64,000 nucleotides of DNA from Phoronis australis (Eukaryota; Animalia; Phoronida). Below the pieces are notes generated by a model. It did no database searches. It was given only the letters and a program-made list of their open reading frames with translations, and was not told the DNA's origin. The position numbers and the translations under genes are program-made. Within the stretch, counting starts at the first letter, position 1. Every line of letters starts with the position of its first letter. The stretch is taken from NCBI GenBank assembly GCA_002633005.1, contig NMRA01000201.1:580459-644458 (forward strand). The letters are read 5' to 3'. Positions 48,358 through 61,363 of this stretch are shown one piece after another.

Positions 48358-51300
48358 GACGGGCTGTCAAGCAAAGGAAACGTTATTAACACAGTGTAGC
48401 CGCTTTACATGTATTTATGGTTGTTTTTCGATAAAAGTTTTTCTCACTTGTCAACCATGGGCGTGCTTGTGTCTGCGTGAGTGAGGGTGTCCGTGGTTGA
48501 GTAAGCTGCAAACGCGAGCGACGTCTGTGTGGAAGCGGGTGATGTAAAAACGCAGATACTGCTTTAGCTGTGGGTAGGTTTCCTGTACACCACTGGGTAT
48601 GGAATGTTATGCGAAATGGTGACTTTTTTGCCGCCTATTTTACCCAAGTGATTCGTGTATTGGCACATGCGCCTAAGTTTTGCGTATAAGCCCAGATTAT
48701 GGCCCATACATTACGTCGCCTACATGTTGGTGCACCTGTTTTGTTTACTGCTGAGCTTGGTAATGGCAAATTTTTACGTTTGCCTCAGTTTATTGGGGAA
48801 TTTTCAAGAAATTTGATAAATAGTTTTGTACTACCGAATTGCCGCACGTTTAGGCGCATGGACCTTTATCCGAAATACCACCTTTTTCGGGTCTTGTTTT
48901 TACCCAAGCGGTTCGCATATTGGCGCAGGCGCCTAATTTTCATATAATAAGTGCATCTCCGCAAAGATGCCCTTGGCATAATGCCGTGTGATTTTAAACC
49001 CTTCACACCATGGTCATAAATGCTTTAATTCGGTTACCAACAAGTTTGGTGTGATATTTTAATTATTTCCTCTTCAAATTGTGTACTTTTAATCAAAAAA
49101 TAACCGCAAAATTAAAACATAATGTGTGGCGACATACGTCATGAGTGGATCCGGTCGTCGTTGCCACTGTGTTGTTCAACACCGGCCACCGCGAGCCGTA
49201 AACTGAGTTTGACTGAGTATTGCGAATGCTAGAGAATGCATTAATAGCAACCGGAAAGACAATATTTCAGTCTTTGCGTTTCTAAAAGGCCCTGTCGTCC
49301 AGAAATGGCACAGGTCCGTGCATTGGATACAGGCATGGCGGTACATGGTGTAGCAAGCGATCAGTTCAGAGGCCACGCTGTGCTCAGCCCATTTTGAAAA
49401 ATAGTGCTTCACTCTGTCGCAGAAATGGAGATTTGATGAAGGTTTCTCCAACGTGTACAGTAAGTGCATTTGACTGAATGTATTACGTTGTACGACTGCT
49501 ATGTACGTAGTTGTCAAGCACATGTTGAATGTGAGCTTCTATCAGTCTGTTATTGGCCAAGATTTTGTGAGAATGCATACTATCCAGATTCACGTCAATT
49601 CCAATCATAGCGGAAAGTGGGATGCATTGGCCACGAAAATAGCTTTTCAGGTCACAATCGCAGACGGCTCAAAGGCTGGAGTCGGACGCTGGACCGAAAT
49701 AATCGACGAACCACATTGGTACAAAGCTTTCGCAATTTTTGAACGAACAAGACAGAAACGAGTATCATTTACCAGAAACAGAATCCAGTCTGCACCACAT
49801 GTGATACTTCCTGACAAACGCAATCGGCATTCGAAGATATGAAATCAGTTTCAGATATTCACGACAGGGTAAAAACTTCGGTTACATTTACAGTTCGATA
49901 AATAATGCTCTACACTAAAGTCTGTGGAAAATTAAACCAATATTCAGAAAAGCTTCAGTGACTACTCTGAAATCAGGACTTTCAGCACACTGAGTAGGCT
50001 GCGACTCAGTTTAACTCTCCGAATACACCGGTGCGGGAGGGTCGATTTCGTACGGCCTCAAACAAGTAAAGTCTGCCGAGATGTAAAACATTACCCGTTT
50101 CACCTAGGGCCTGAATGTCGTATTCACCCCCGTCTTCATAATACTCGTCAAGCTCCCTCTCTAAATCGTAACTTACAAACTCACCCTATATTTCCCAAAG
50201 AAATTACTTGTTTAGTTTGATTTTGTGTTATAAAATTATTATACGACGTCTAAAACCTTAAACAGTGAAAAATCCGCACAGTGGGGACGCTTTAATCTCC
50301 AAAACCAGAACTCTATTGATTTGTTTTTCCTCAGAGGTAAACTTCACACTGCAAGATGGAGAACTAAATTCATTCGTCATACCGCAAAAACTTCAGATCG
50401 GATTCATATGAAACTTTTAATTCATGTTTTATAAACTGTTCTTGGGTTGTTTTAATGTTTCCACTCGGACCACGATAGACAGGAAATGCGTTTTCTCAAG
50501 CTCCTCTTTCGTATATCAGAAAAAGCAAAGAACAATTTTAATAGCCGCGCCATACTGAAATTCACAATCCCGCCAGACGGCGATAAGGTCTTTGGTGGAT
50601 AGTCGTTCAGCGCTTTGCCTACCTACAGATCAATTGTAATGTGGACGGGAGGTTTCAACCTATTGGTACAATCAGCGTTTTAACACACTTCCTGCTACTA
50701 TCATATCGGCAAATTTTCATTGATGTGCAGTGGGATGAACTATTGGCTTATGAAAATAGTTAAACCTCTTGGAATATCCATGGATGAAGGACGTCGCGTG
50801 TCATACATTTCCCGGCCGCTGCGAAAAAGAATCCGTGACTGCAGTCAGCGGCTGCGACTGATAACGCCTGAGAATTTCGATCCCCCAATGTCAAAAAGTT
50901 GAAATAAATTAGTGAACTTATCATAGTCAGGCAGTGGGGGGGGGGTTGACAGTGGGATTTATGCCCCTGGTGTTAAAGTAATGAACCACTTTCTGCTCAC
51001 TGAATCTGAGTCTTGTTCAAGCCGAAGTCGCTTTCTCGCTCTCAATACTCTAGAAATTCCTAATATGAAAAGTCCGCTATTATGACATTAGCTCGAACAG
51101 TAGGCTGTTAAAGAAGAGGACAAAGATTTTAAAACTACTTTAATATTCACCTCGTAATTTGTTCTAGACATACATGAGACACAGTTTGTACTTATTAACC
51201 AACTTAACAATGAGGCGCATCTGTGTAATTCCAAACCGATCCAACCGACAACGACCGGTTTGAGCTGTCAGATCGGTAGCCCAGAGCACTTTGCCTAGAT

Positions 51301-52014
51301 GAACGGTTGGCTCCAGATATCTGCCCTCTGGGTGTGACCTTTGGGGACCTTGAAGCGGGGTAAATCTTGAGCTAGACTAGGCATGCTATGTACCCGTAAA
51401 AACTTATGACTGACAAACTTCCTCTACAAATTTCTTGAATATCAATTTTAAATATTAAATGTAAACCGTGTGTGTGTGTGGGGGGGGGGGTGTTCATATA
51501 TACATTTTCAAATACTAGATGTTCAAAGAAACCTATTACATGTACGTGTACATTTTTGCAAACTTGTCCACTGACCGAGAGGTCCATGACTTCTTTGAAT
51601 GTCTTCTTTTTTTCCTGAGCTTGGACAATGAAGTTTCCAGTCTCTGCTCACGTACATGTATCGCGAATTGTTTTTGCGACCTCGAACGTTTGAGCAAGTT
51701 CAGTTTCTAGGGTTTCTGGAGGGACCTTCCTAGAGTGCAATTTGTCTGTCATGAGTCATCCAGTGCTCAGTGTGGCACGATTGTCGATTTTAAATCAATT
51801 TGGCTGGTACTTCGAATATCTAATCCACCTCAATTATGGCCGCCCCGGAAGGTCCCCAGAAGCTGCACCTAGATTGCAAATACTGTCAGTCATCAAGTTT
51901 GGTACATACTGGACTCTTGTTTCCAGTCATGCTACGTAAATAAATAACTTAGCTAAAACAGAAACACATGGGCATGTTTATTCTTCAATCGAGTGTACTT
52001 AATCATTTGAGAAG

Positions 52015-52250
52015 GCCAGTGTGGCCTAGTGCAATAAGTGTCCACTTCGATACTCTAGGTCATGGGTTCAGGTGCCACTGAGGCACACTGCTACACCATT
52101 GAGTCTGGTCTTTAGCTCCTCAGCTCGGTTTTAACTATATAATATTAAAGCACAAAAATGGCTTCAAATGATTGGTCCGGCAACGGGACCACACTGAGTG
52201 CCCTGCATCCATCTGGTACAATGTGTACCAGACCTCCCGCAATGGTCTAT
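52015..52250 (+). mobile_element. Degenerate tRNA-derived SINE-like sequence
   Basis: A-box-like TGGCCTAGTG and B-box-like GGTTCAGGTGCC at tRNA-like spacing; no cloverleaf. Confidence 0.5.
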
Positions 52251-52319
52251 ATTTTTACAAAATCATATCTTCCTTTCGCTTAAATGATCAGGTTTGGATA
52301 TTGTCAAGAATAAAGTAGT

Positions 52320-55300
52320 TCACATATACGATGTTACGGTTTCACGTGACTCTCCCAATCCGGTTTTTGATTCTACATATATGCCTAATTCTTTATTTTG
52401 TTCACAGTCTTCTCGTCCTCCCTTCCGGTCTTCGTTTACTGGTGTCATGTAGTCCTCCATGTGCTGATTTCTTGTTTCTTTCAAAACCAGGACGCAGACG
52501 ACAGTAATAAATAAGGTCCCGCCAAACGTCAGGTACGGAATGACTGGTGAAATGTTGTGGAACTCGATTAGCATGGGTGCAACCACGGACCCAATCCGTG
52601 CCCCTACGTCACATGAAGCAAAGCCGATATTTCTGAAAGATAAGCAAAATGAAACCCATGTCAAAACTTCTGACATAATGTGTGCAAGTGTACTATCCAT
52701 GGCACCCATTTTTGGATTGGCTGGGAACTTCCGGGATTTGCTTTGCGAGTGAAGGCTCTGAGTGTCATCTCCTTGACTTTTGCGTCTGTTCTGCATGAAA
52801 CAGTCGAAAATCCCTGACTAAAATTATTTCTCAGCCGTAGCTTTTCCAAGGCCATATATGTAAGAGTGGCACTATACAAGGATGATTGGCATACTTGCCA
52901 AGTGTTAACAATCTCTCTAGAAGTGGTGCCGCAAGAGGGCACAGGCCGTTTCTTTAACTTTGTAAGCCAAAACTAGCATGCGTTAAACATATATCTGATA
53001 CAAGACCTCTGCACGGGCATTTTGACATTATGACATTGTAATATGAAAAATTAATCAATTACTGGACTTACGGATTGAATTGGCTACGTTGAGTCCTCAT
53101 CTCGAGGTGTCACGTGACTAGTCATCATGTGACACCTCCAATGCTTCGGATAATAAAAGATATGCCGAAACACGTACTTACCTCGGCAATGAAATAAAAG
53201 ATAGAATTTCATATGCTTTAGCACATTTTACCGTTGGCTCATATATTAAAAGGATACGTTATTGTCTTAAAGACGCACATTTACCCATCCGGGCAGTATC
53301 CGCTATTGTCTGGAGGCGATGAAAAATTTATCACTTCTGTTACCGCTTAATTATTTTCAGCAGAGACCTTCTTTTTAAGGTTTCTGGGAAATCAACCCAG
53401 ACGCGACTACAAGCGCTGAACAATGGAGGGCGTGATCCAGTTGCTTTGGTTTAATGAGTCTGGCTGGGTTAGGCAAACCAATGTCCTTTAGAATTCCTTC
53501 CAATTTTGTACTCTCAACATGTCGACTTCATATACCTTTGTGCAGGATAAAATTCATTTTCATTCACCTTAACAGTCTCCTCGCTACCTCAATCTCTCTT
53601 CGACAACAAGCTCTATCAGGCAGTTTCAGCTATTGGACAAACTCGAACGCAGAACAGCACCATTAAAAAGTCTAAGGATGCATTCCTTATTTTTTCATCC
53701 ATATTTATGGAAGCCCACTCCTATCGTTGTTCGTGGCAGCCTCTGCCGATCTGGTAAGTAATTTAAAATGTATAGAGTCGTGACTCAGACACTGCGACCA
53801 CGCCACCGTAAAGTAAATGTTCAGAAAATAACAATCATGTTATTTAACCCCAATGCACGTTTTTTGGTTTACCTTACAACTGTTGGATAGTGCTCAACAG
53901 TGAAGACTTTTATAATTTTCCAGCCGCCTACTGTTGCTAGCTTAGCGATGAGTGAAAACGCAAACACCAGCTCCGGAGTGTCGGTATCTGAAATAAAATT
54001 TTGACCATATGGTCAACTAGTACGTTCTTCTACCATTTTGACATCCTAAGTAACTCTAGAGTGAAAAAGTTGCTTATATGGCTTTTGCAACACTTTCACC
54101 CTCTGGATAAATCAACTGAAGTTATTGCGGATAATCTAAATGCACGTAAACCGTTAAAAAATACTAAACCCTGTTTTGGTGATTTCAACCAATCTTCGTT
54201 CTGTCACCTGCTATTTACATCTATCAGTGCAAGATTCAAGTAGAAACGTATACTTCGTGTGTAACATATAGGATATTATAGTTCTTGGCGGTTGGTCCCA
54301 ATACTGTAATGGTAAAGTAAGAGGTAAGTAGGCGCTCAAAGCCCATCGTATCACCTTGAGCACTGAACATAACTTACGGTGCGCAGGCGCTACGTTCAAA
54401 TGCCAAAAGCTGGTTGGCTTCACCTACGTGCGCCTACGCCCCACTACAGCGCTGGTTTGTCCTTCCCGACAGTTGTCGTGTAACTCGCCTTAAGCGTGGG
54501 TCACGCTTGTCTATTTAGCAGACTTGTAAGGAGTTTTCAAATTTTGCTGCAAGTTTTTGAGAGTTGCCGAGGGTTGTACATTATGTTTCAGAAAACTGGT
54601 GAAAAAGTCATTTGTAATATCTGTTAAGAGGCCAAAACCGGTTTGGCATCCTTTTTAGTGATGATCTTGCCACAAAGATAAGTCTACATTGTACGTCATG
54701 AAGGTACACTTATGTGACTTATGTTGATCTTGTACAAATTTGTAGGCAAAGGAAGGTTTAATTTAGTGGCCGAACGAAACAAAAGTGACACTATTCATCC
54801 TTCCCAGTCACTCACTTGTCCAATAAAGTATAGGCACACCAACTGTAGCGATGAAGGCAGGGACGATAAAGAGGCAAATAGTCTTTTTCCGGTCAATTCT
54901 GTGAATACATGTACAAACGATGGAATGTTTCATGGGACCACAATAATGCTACAGGTAGTCCAGTAGTTTTTAAAAAATGGATTCCAACGTTCGAGAAAGG
55001 TTCAACATCCAAAACTGAGACTAAAATACCTATTTCTGATCGATTTGGGCTAAATCTCAACACAATCCAAATACATGTAGGTGTTGCTCCACAGACGTGG
55101 TAAAATCGCGACAACTACTGTGTAAGTCCATTCATAAATAAAAGATCTCGAACAAAAGTTCACCTATGCATATTCTTGTTTCGACAGAAGTTTGCTCAAA
55201 CTGCCGAACAATTGTTGTAGGAAAGCTTATCCGAGTTAAGCAGAGTTAAATTGTACAACAAAAAACCTCACAGTTGTTGACCACAGACGCTGTAAAATTG

Positions 55301-58300
55301 CGACAACTATTGCGCAAGTCCATTCATAACGAAAAAAATCTCGAACAAAAAATCACCTAGTAAGCATTCTGTTATTTCGCAGAGGTTTGTCTAAACTGCC
55401 GAACAATTGTTGTAGGAAAGTTTGTGAAAGTTTGGCGGAGTTATACAAATGTATGAAGTTTTATCTAGTTTATTTTGAAAACTAGTGTGCCGATAGCAAT
55501 AAAAAACAGTAAAATGATAGAAGTGTCGCATTTTACGAAATCGAAACAAAACACCTATTCGGATGGATACCAACTTTTATCACGATACCCACCCTTACCA
55601 TTCAAACCTCAAGCTTTTTCACTACCACGGAACCTGAACGCCAACCACACTCGGGCACGTCTGACCACAGATAATTTTTAATGCAAGTGACCCGAGGTGC
55701 GCGACTCGCGGTTTCTGCGCGTTGTCCTCTGTCATCTGCTCTAAAAATATCCGAGGAAAGAGTACATGACTGTTGTTGGAGTTCAAGCTCCGTGGTATTC
55801 TTTTATTCGTGGTGTGTGATAAAGGTTGCGCCACTAGCCAGAGTGGACTGCTCCCCACGAATTCACGTCACAGAGAGACACACACGAGTCGTTGTGTGCG
55901 CTCAATACAATTTTGTGAACCCGTATCCGCCGCAAAACTGATAACATTATCTACCCCTCATTGCCAATCGTACTTGTAGCTAACGAGTAAAGGTAACAAC
56001 CCTCCAGGGATGTCGATTGCGGCGTTGAGGATAAGGTTGATGTATCTGTCGCCTTGAAGGTTTTTTACTCCAAATGCCAATCCGTAGTATGTCAGCCCAC
56101 AACTAAACCTAAAAGTAAACAGTACCACTTCCGGTTACACACAATTCACTACATTAACAATTAAAATCAAATTAAAGTTATTTTGAGCACCGTTACGATG
56201 GGTCAAGAACTGACAACTTCAGAAAAAATGAACTAAATATGAATTGGTTAATTAAAGCATTGACTCCATTTTGATGACGTAAAGCCACAAGAAACAACAA
56301 ATGCAGTGGCAGTCGCAAAATAAAATCATGAGATACTTGTATCGTTGGCCAAATGGATGAACATTCGTACGTTAATTCTTGTTAGAGACGTAAAGTAATT
56401 ATTTAGAAGCATAAAGTGATTCTTCGTAGCGTAAAGTAAATTATTTACGCTGCAAACAAGAAATTTACGCCGTTAAACTACGTGATTGTGTTAATTCTTG
56501 TTAGGAGCGTAAGAGCAATTACTTAGTGGCGTAAAGTAAAAACTTGTAGTGTAACGTACATGTAACTTTTAATGGCGTAAAGTAATCATTTGCGGTGTAG
56601 ATAAATAAATATTTCGCAAATAATTACTTTACGCCTCTAAAAAGAATTAACTTACTTACGTAATTTAATGGCGTAACGTTCATCCAACGATTCATGTACA
56701 TTTGAAACTTAGAAGCCTTTGGTTGAAACGGAAGGACCTGAAGTAATAGTCATACTACGAAACAACGGTCAATGCACATTAAGTCTAAACATTGGACAAT
56801 CGTGATTGTTCGAAACGGGACTGTGTGAACTACTGTCTTCCAACTGACAAGACCTTGTAGGTTTTCGTCGAAAGCTCTATCTGAAATTTTCAATCAAAAG
56901 TGTACGACTGTAGCAATCGACTACCTCGGTGAGGCGGGATAGGAGACCTGGCGAAATGTTTACAACTCAGCACGATTTTGTCCAACATGTTACTTCAGAA
57001 AATCAACGCCAGGTAGCGCATACCGTGCTTACCACGCTAGGAAAAGAAGCGCCGTCTTGCCAAGGTAAATGCGGTTGGTTACAAGATTAAATATGGTGAA
57101 GCTTTTCTTGGCAACACTATTCTCTTCTTCTTTGTTCTTGAAGTTCATTTCAAGCGTTTTCATCGCGTTAGCGTCCACGGAAGGTTTATTGTTGAACCTA
57201 GCAATCTTGTTTAAAATAACTTCACTTTCGGAAAACCGACCTTTAACCATCAGCCACCTCGCACTCTCTGGTATAAAACTGGAAAGGAAAGAAAACCGGT
57301 CAAGTTGCATCCATTCAATTGTAAACTTAGCCCATCTCACTTGACCCAATTCCTCACGACAGCATTCAGCCTGCCAAAGATTAATTCGCAATGGCTTAGC
57401 CAAATAAGTGACAGTCACGAAAGTTTTAATAAATCAAGTATACTACAATAAAAGACGTACCTGCGATTTTTTTAACTCAATACATGCAGTACGTAGGTCA
57501 TTGGATTGGGTAAGCCCATTTCATCTGAATATTATTCAGTTCCACTTACTACAGGAAGAGCGCTTACAGATTTCAGATAATATTCCAAAAAATTATCCAA
57601 ACACATAATTAATTTTGCGAAGACTCCGGGGAGGTGTTCATAGCACGCTAACCCAAGATTCTACCGCAACACATATGACGATGAAAATTAATGAGCACAC
57701 TTAGAAGTAATTAATATAAGACACTAAATAAAAGAAAGTTATATCATGGTAATCATGGTGAGGTAAAACCTTGATAAACACTGACGTAGAATACTGATAT
57801 AGCAGTTGGCGGTGGTGCCGTGAAGACGATTAATGTTTTCAAAATGTGTTACAAAATAGAGAAGGCTTGTGTAGAAGACTTGCCAAATGCAAAAACTGGA
57901 AGTTTCTTTATTAGGTTTGGTAAAACGTTACATAAGGATTTTCTTAAGTTTTATGACAAAAGCATGCTCTTTAGGTATACATGACAATAACGTTTCGTTG
58001 GCCAACTGAAAGATTTGTTCATGCATATGTAAATGAGATCTTACCACCATAACAGAAAATAGGGCAATCCAATCGCTGAAATAGTCATAGCCAGCATTCT
58101 CCAGTTAGGAATCAAATACGCTAGGCCTGACATGATCATTGTTCCGCAGGGCCAGAAGGGAAAGATCTTCCCAAGCGGCCTGTATTTACTTCCAACGTAT
58201 TCCATGGGTACCACGAAAGAAGTGACCAATTTTCCACCGAGGGCAATACCAACAAAGAATCTGGCGGCAGTAAACATCTCCACCGAGACAGAGAAGGCGG

Positions 58301-59739
58301 CGATGAAGTTCGTTACCAGGAGGAAGCCGTAGGCTAAAAATAAAGCTTTCTTTCTGCCAATTTTATCGCTCACGTGACCGACTGCAAAACTACCCACTGT
58401 GACTCCGGCCATTTGCACTGAGGTGACGATTCCGGCCGCCCAGTGTCTGCTGCAGACAAGGTTCCACTGTAAGAGAATGAGGGTAAACTTATACGTAGCT
58501 TCAGAGCTTGGGTTTGAAAGAATCGGACTTATTGCGGTTTACAAAGGCTGTTTCCTTTTCGCACTTTCACGTTTCGCCCAATTGCCAGAACTCTTCTCAT
58601 ACGGGTTTACCAACTGAGTTGTTATCGACAATTTGTTTACTTTAAGTTGTATAGGACCCTAGAAAATTGTCCAAATTTGGCAAACGTCGGAACACCATGT
58701 CCGAAAAATAGCAAAACGGATTTCCATGAAACTTTCATATACTATGCTCTGTGCACTTCTCTCCAAAATTTTGTTTGAGATCGTTTTCAAAAGTTCTACT
58801 TTTGCGTGAGAGGCTATCAAAAGTTAGAATTGTATGATTTCCGTGAAATAATCTAAACTTCCATAAAATGAAAACGAAACGACTTTCTAGATGGTTGTGA
58901 GAGCGTGTTTGAGATATCACGTGACCCAGTGAATGGCATCTTCACTTCCCTCCCAAAAACCAACGTTTGCTTTATCCCACTAGGACATTGGTCACAAATT
59001 GTAAACAAATTGGAGATGATTCCAGTACTTCGAGAGGCAAGTCAACTCATTATTGCTTGAGATGAGATTCTAGAAATTTGTATGTCACCGCGCGTCATTT
59101 AGGCCTAATGGCCCGGGCCTGGTCTCCAGGAATAACGAACCGTCGACACTTTTCAGACTCGGGTATCTCTTCTCATCAGAATAACGGTGAAAAAATTGAG
59201 AGCAATGTATTGGAGTAAATAAATGGACTAAATCCAGAGGTGTTTCCAGGATTCTGAGTTAGCCGATGGGCGAGTGCAGAGCATTAGCCAGGATTTTGCC
59301 CGTCAGACATTCGCGCCCCCGAACTGCCAAACGGGATCTGGGAGAATTCTAGGGGGGCCATGGTCCCCTTGCCCCCACCCCGTCCCTAAATCCGCCACTG
59401 AAATCTAAGGTTCGCTCTTTAGCGGTTGCCTTGGAAGGTCCATGTCGTGGTTGTGCATACGAAAATATGACATATGTGTACTTCATGCAAGTAATGAACA
59501 AATAATTATGCACAATTACCTCACTGACGATAGACGTGAATTCATTTGAAAATGTTAGATTATCGCACAGGCCGCCATCGGCTAAGCAGGTGCCGTTAAG
59601 CAGCGTGGTGTTCTCGTCATCGCTGTAGGGACAACCCCAATCAGGCGTTGCTCCAGCCAAAGTCATAAACAACATACCGCACGCAGCCATAGCGTCGGAC
59701 AGTCCAACGGAAATAATCAGCAATATTTGAAATCTGCCG
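52320..59739 (-). CDS. SLC22-family (organic cation/anion transporter-like) MFS transporter, 5'-partial
   Basis: Exons 59739-59520, 58466-58045, 57278-57033, 56108-55974, 54898-54816, 53987-53873, 52632-52320, all phase-consistent. Family motifs: GRFQ, TSIVSEWNLVC, SDKIGRKK, IPESARWL, YYG, EHYPTVVRN, ARIGS, LKET. About 510 aa are visible; an N at 59740 removes the start. Confidence 0.92.
54300..54510. repeat. Dispersed repeat (second copy at about 61235-61363)
   Basis: agaggtaagtaggcgc...tatcaccttgagcactgaac...aacttacg...aaatgccaaaag...gttggct is shared by both loci. Confidence 0.8.
55083..55420. repeat. Tandem duplication with a period of about 190 bp
   Basis: ccacagacg...aagtccattcataa...tctcgaacaaaa...aaactgccgaacaattgttgtaggaaag occurs twice. 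Confidence 0.8.
56354..56686. mobile_element. MITE with internal GCGTAAAGTAA repeats
   Basis: Termini tggatgaac and gttcatcca; gttaattcttgttagagacgtaaagtaatta is inverted as taattactttacgcctctaaaaagaattaac. Confidence 0.7.
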
Positions 59740-59740
59740 N
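59740..59740. other. Assembly gap (N) cutting the first visible SLC22 coding exon
   Basis: n at 59740; the reading frame begins abruptly at GRFQ and unrelated AT-rich sequence lies on the other side. Confidence 0.9.
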
Positions 59741-61363
59741 TTTAAGTAGTAATAATAAGCCTCAAAAAACGACATATTGAAAAAATGAAGATCGATTTTG
59801 TCATGTTCACGAAAACAGTGCTTAGATTTTTTTCACAGAGATTGTCATATTTTCCACAAACATGATTTTTCGCAGAATATCCATTTCGATAGTAGGCCTA
59901 CTTTTCTATTATAGCTTCAAAAGTTTGTCTCGGATTACCTTTTTAAATCTTTTAGGCCGAGAGCTCGGCTGTCGAAAACTGACCCAAGACGTTGGTTTGC
60001 ACAAAGAGCGTTGACGTCATCATTTTTGACATCGACGTTCTCAGGCTAAAAGACCTCATAAGAAAATCCCACGCATTGTTTTGTAGCTAACAGAATAAAG
60101 AAACAACGTTTGTAAGCTTAGTGAGAAAAAAAAGTTTGTGGAAATTAAGGCGATCTCCTTGAAAAAAAATCAGGATTTACAAAAGAAACAATTAGCACAC
60201 GATTATTATTTTCTGCGCATACATGTACTGTAATAAGATTGCGTATGTGAACATGAAGGATTTATGAATATGTGGTTTTATGGGTCTATAGATAACAGTT
60301 AAAAGTTATTAAAAATCGGTGCTTGATAACGAAGGTATACATTCAGCCATTGACTCGGAGAAACAACCAATGTTGCAGCTGAAAGAACTAAAATTGGATT
60401 GAGTGTTTGGGGATGAATCAGCAATTTTTCTATCGATAACGAAACATTTTACCTGCACGATAAAAGAAGTACAAACTCTGTGTTTGAAGTAATCACGCAG
60501 GAAGATAAGTAATTCAGCACTGTTTACCAACGCCCCGACGACTGAGCTTTAGTTGACCCGTTATTTCGAGGGTTCATTATGTAATGCCGACTTTTGATCG
60601 AGTTTGATTCTCATTAAGTGTCGCGTACATAGCACACCCTTCGACAAAAGGTCCAACGTCGTGTTTGTTATGGTCATTTTTGAAAACTACACTACTTTTT
60701 GACAAAAATAATAGGCTGAAAAACCGGTAAATCGTTTATCTTAAAATACCATTCACAATGGATTTCTATCTTTTTAGCTTAATTTTTTATTCGCTTTCAA
60801 ACGGTATTGGCGTCTGACAAATATGTATGGCCTTTTGAACAATATGTAGGCTACTTTACACTGTATGTCACGCCGCACAAGAGCAATTTTTATTAATAAA
60901 AAATGCGAACTCGTCACGAGACAAGTTTGACACAACGATCCCTTTGTAGTTCATGACGATACGTGTAGTATACCTGCAGTAGTCCAGGTCATTCCACACC
61001 TGGTTATTCCCTTGCAAGCGCCATGGCTCCAATGCAAGGCTGCCTAAGCCTGTGGTCAGTGTTGCTTTGGACGGTGATTGTGGGTCGGATCCAGACACAA
61101 GTAAGCATGAGGGGTTTAGGTTACGACGGCCAGATATCGTTGTCGATTTTTCATGGTTTAAGTCTTCAAATTTCAAGGATTAGCCGAGAAACATATGTCA
61201 CCGAAGGCATTGAGATCCCGTATTGTCAGTGCTGTAGAGGTAAAATTAGAGGTAAGTAGGCGCCCAAGGCCCACTGTATCACCTTGAGCACTGAACGTAA
61301 CTTACGATGCGTAGGCGCTACATACAAATGCCAAAAGGTGGTTGGCTGCGCCAACGTGTGGCT

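Noticed and set aside
52015-52090. tRNA gene
   Set aside because: A and B boxes are degenerate and no cloverleaf forms; treated as a SINE head.
56370-56680. Spaced GCGTAAAGTAA repeats resembling a CRISPR array
   Set aside because: Repeats are short, degenerate, partly inverted and enclosed by TIRs; eukaryotic context and no cas genes.
60868-61259. ORFs as the missing SLC22 first exon
   Set aside because: No similarity to an SLC22 N-terminus, and the gap at 59740 breaks continuity.
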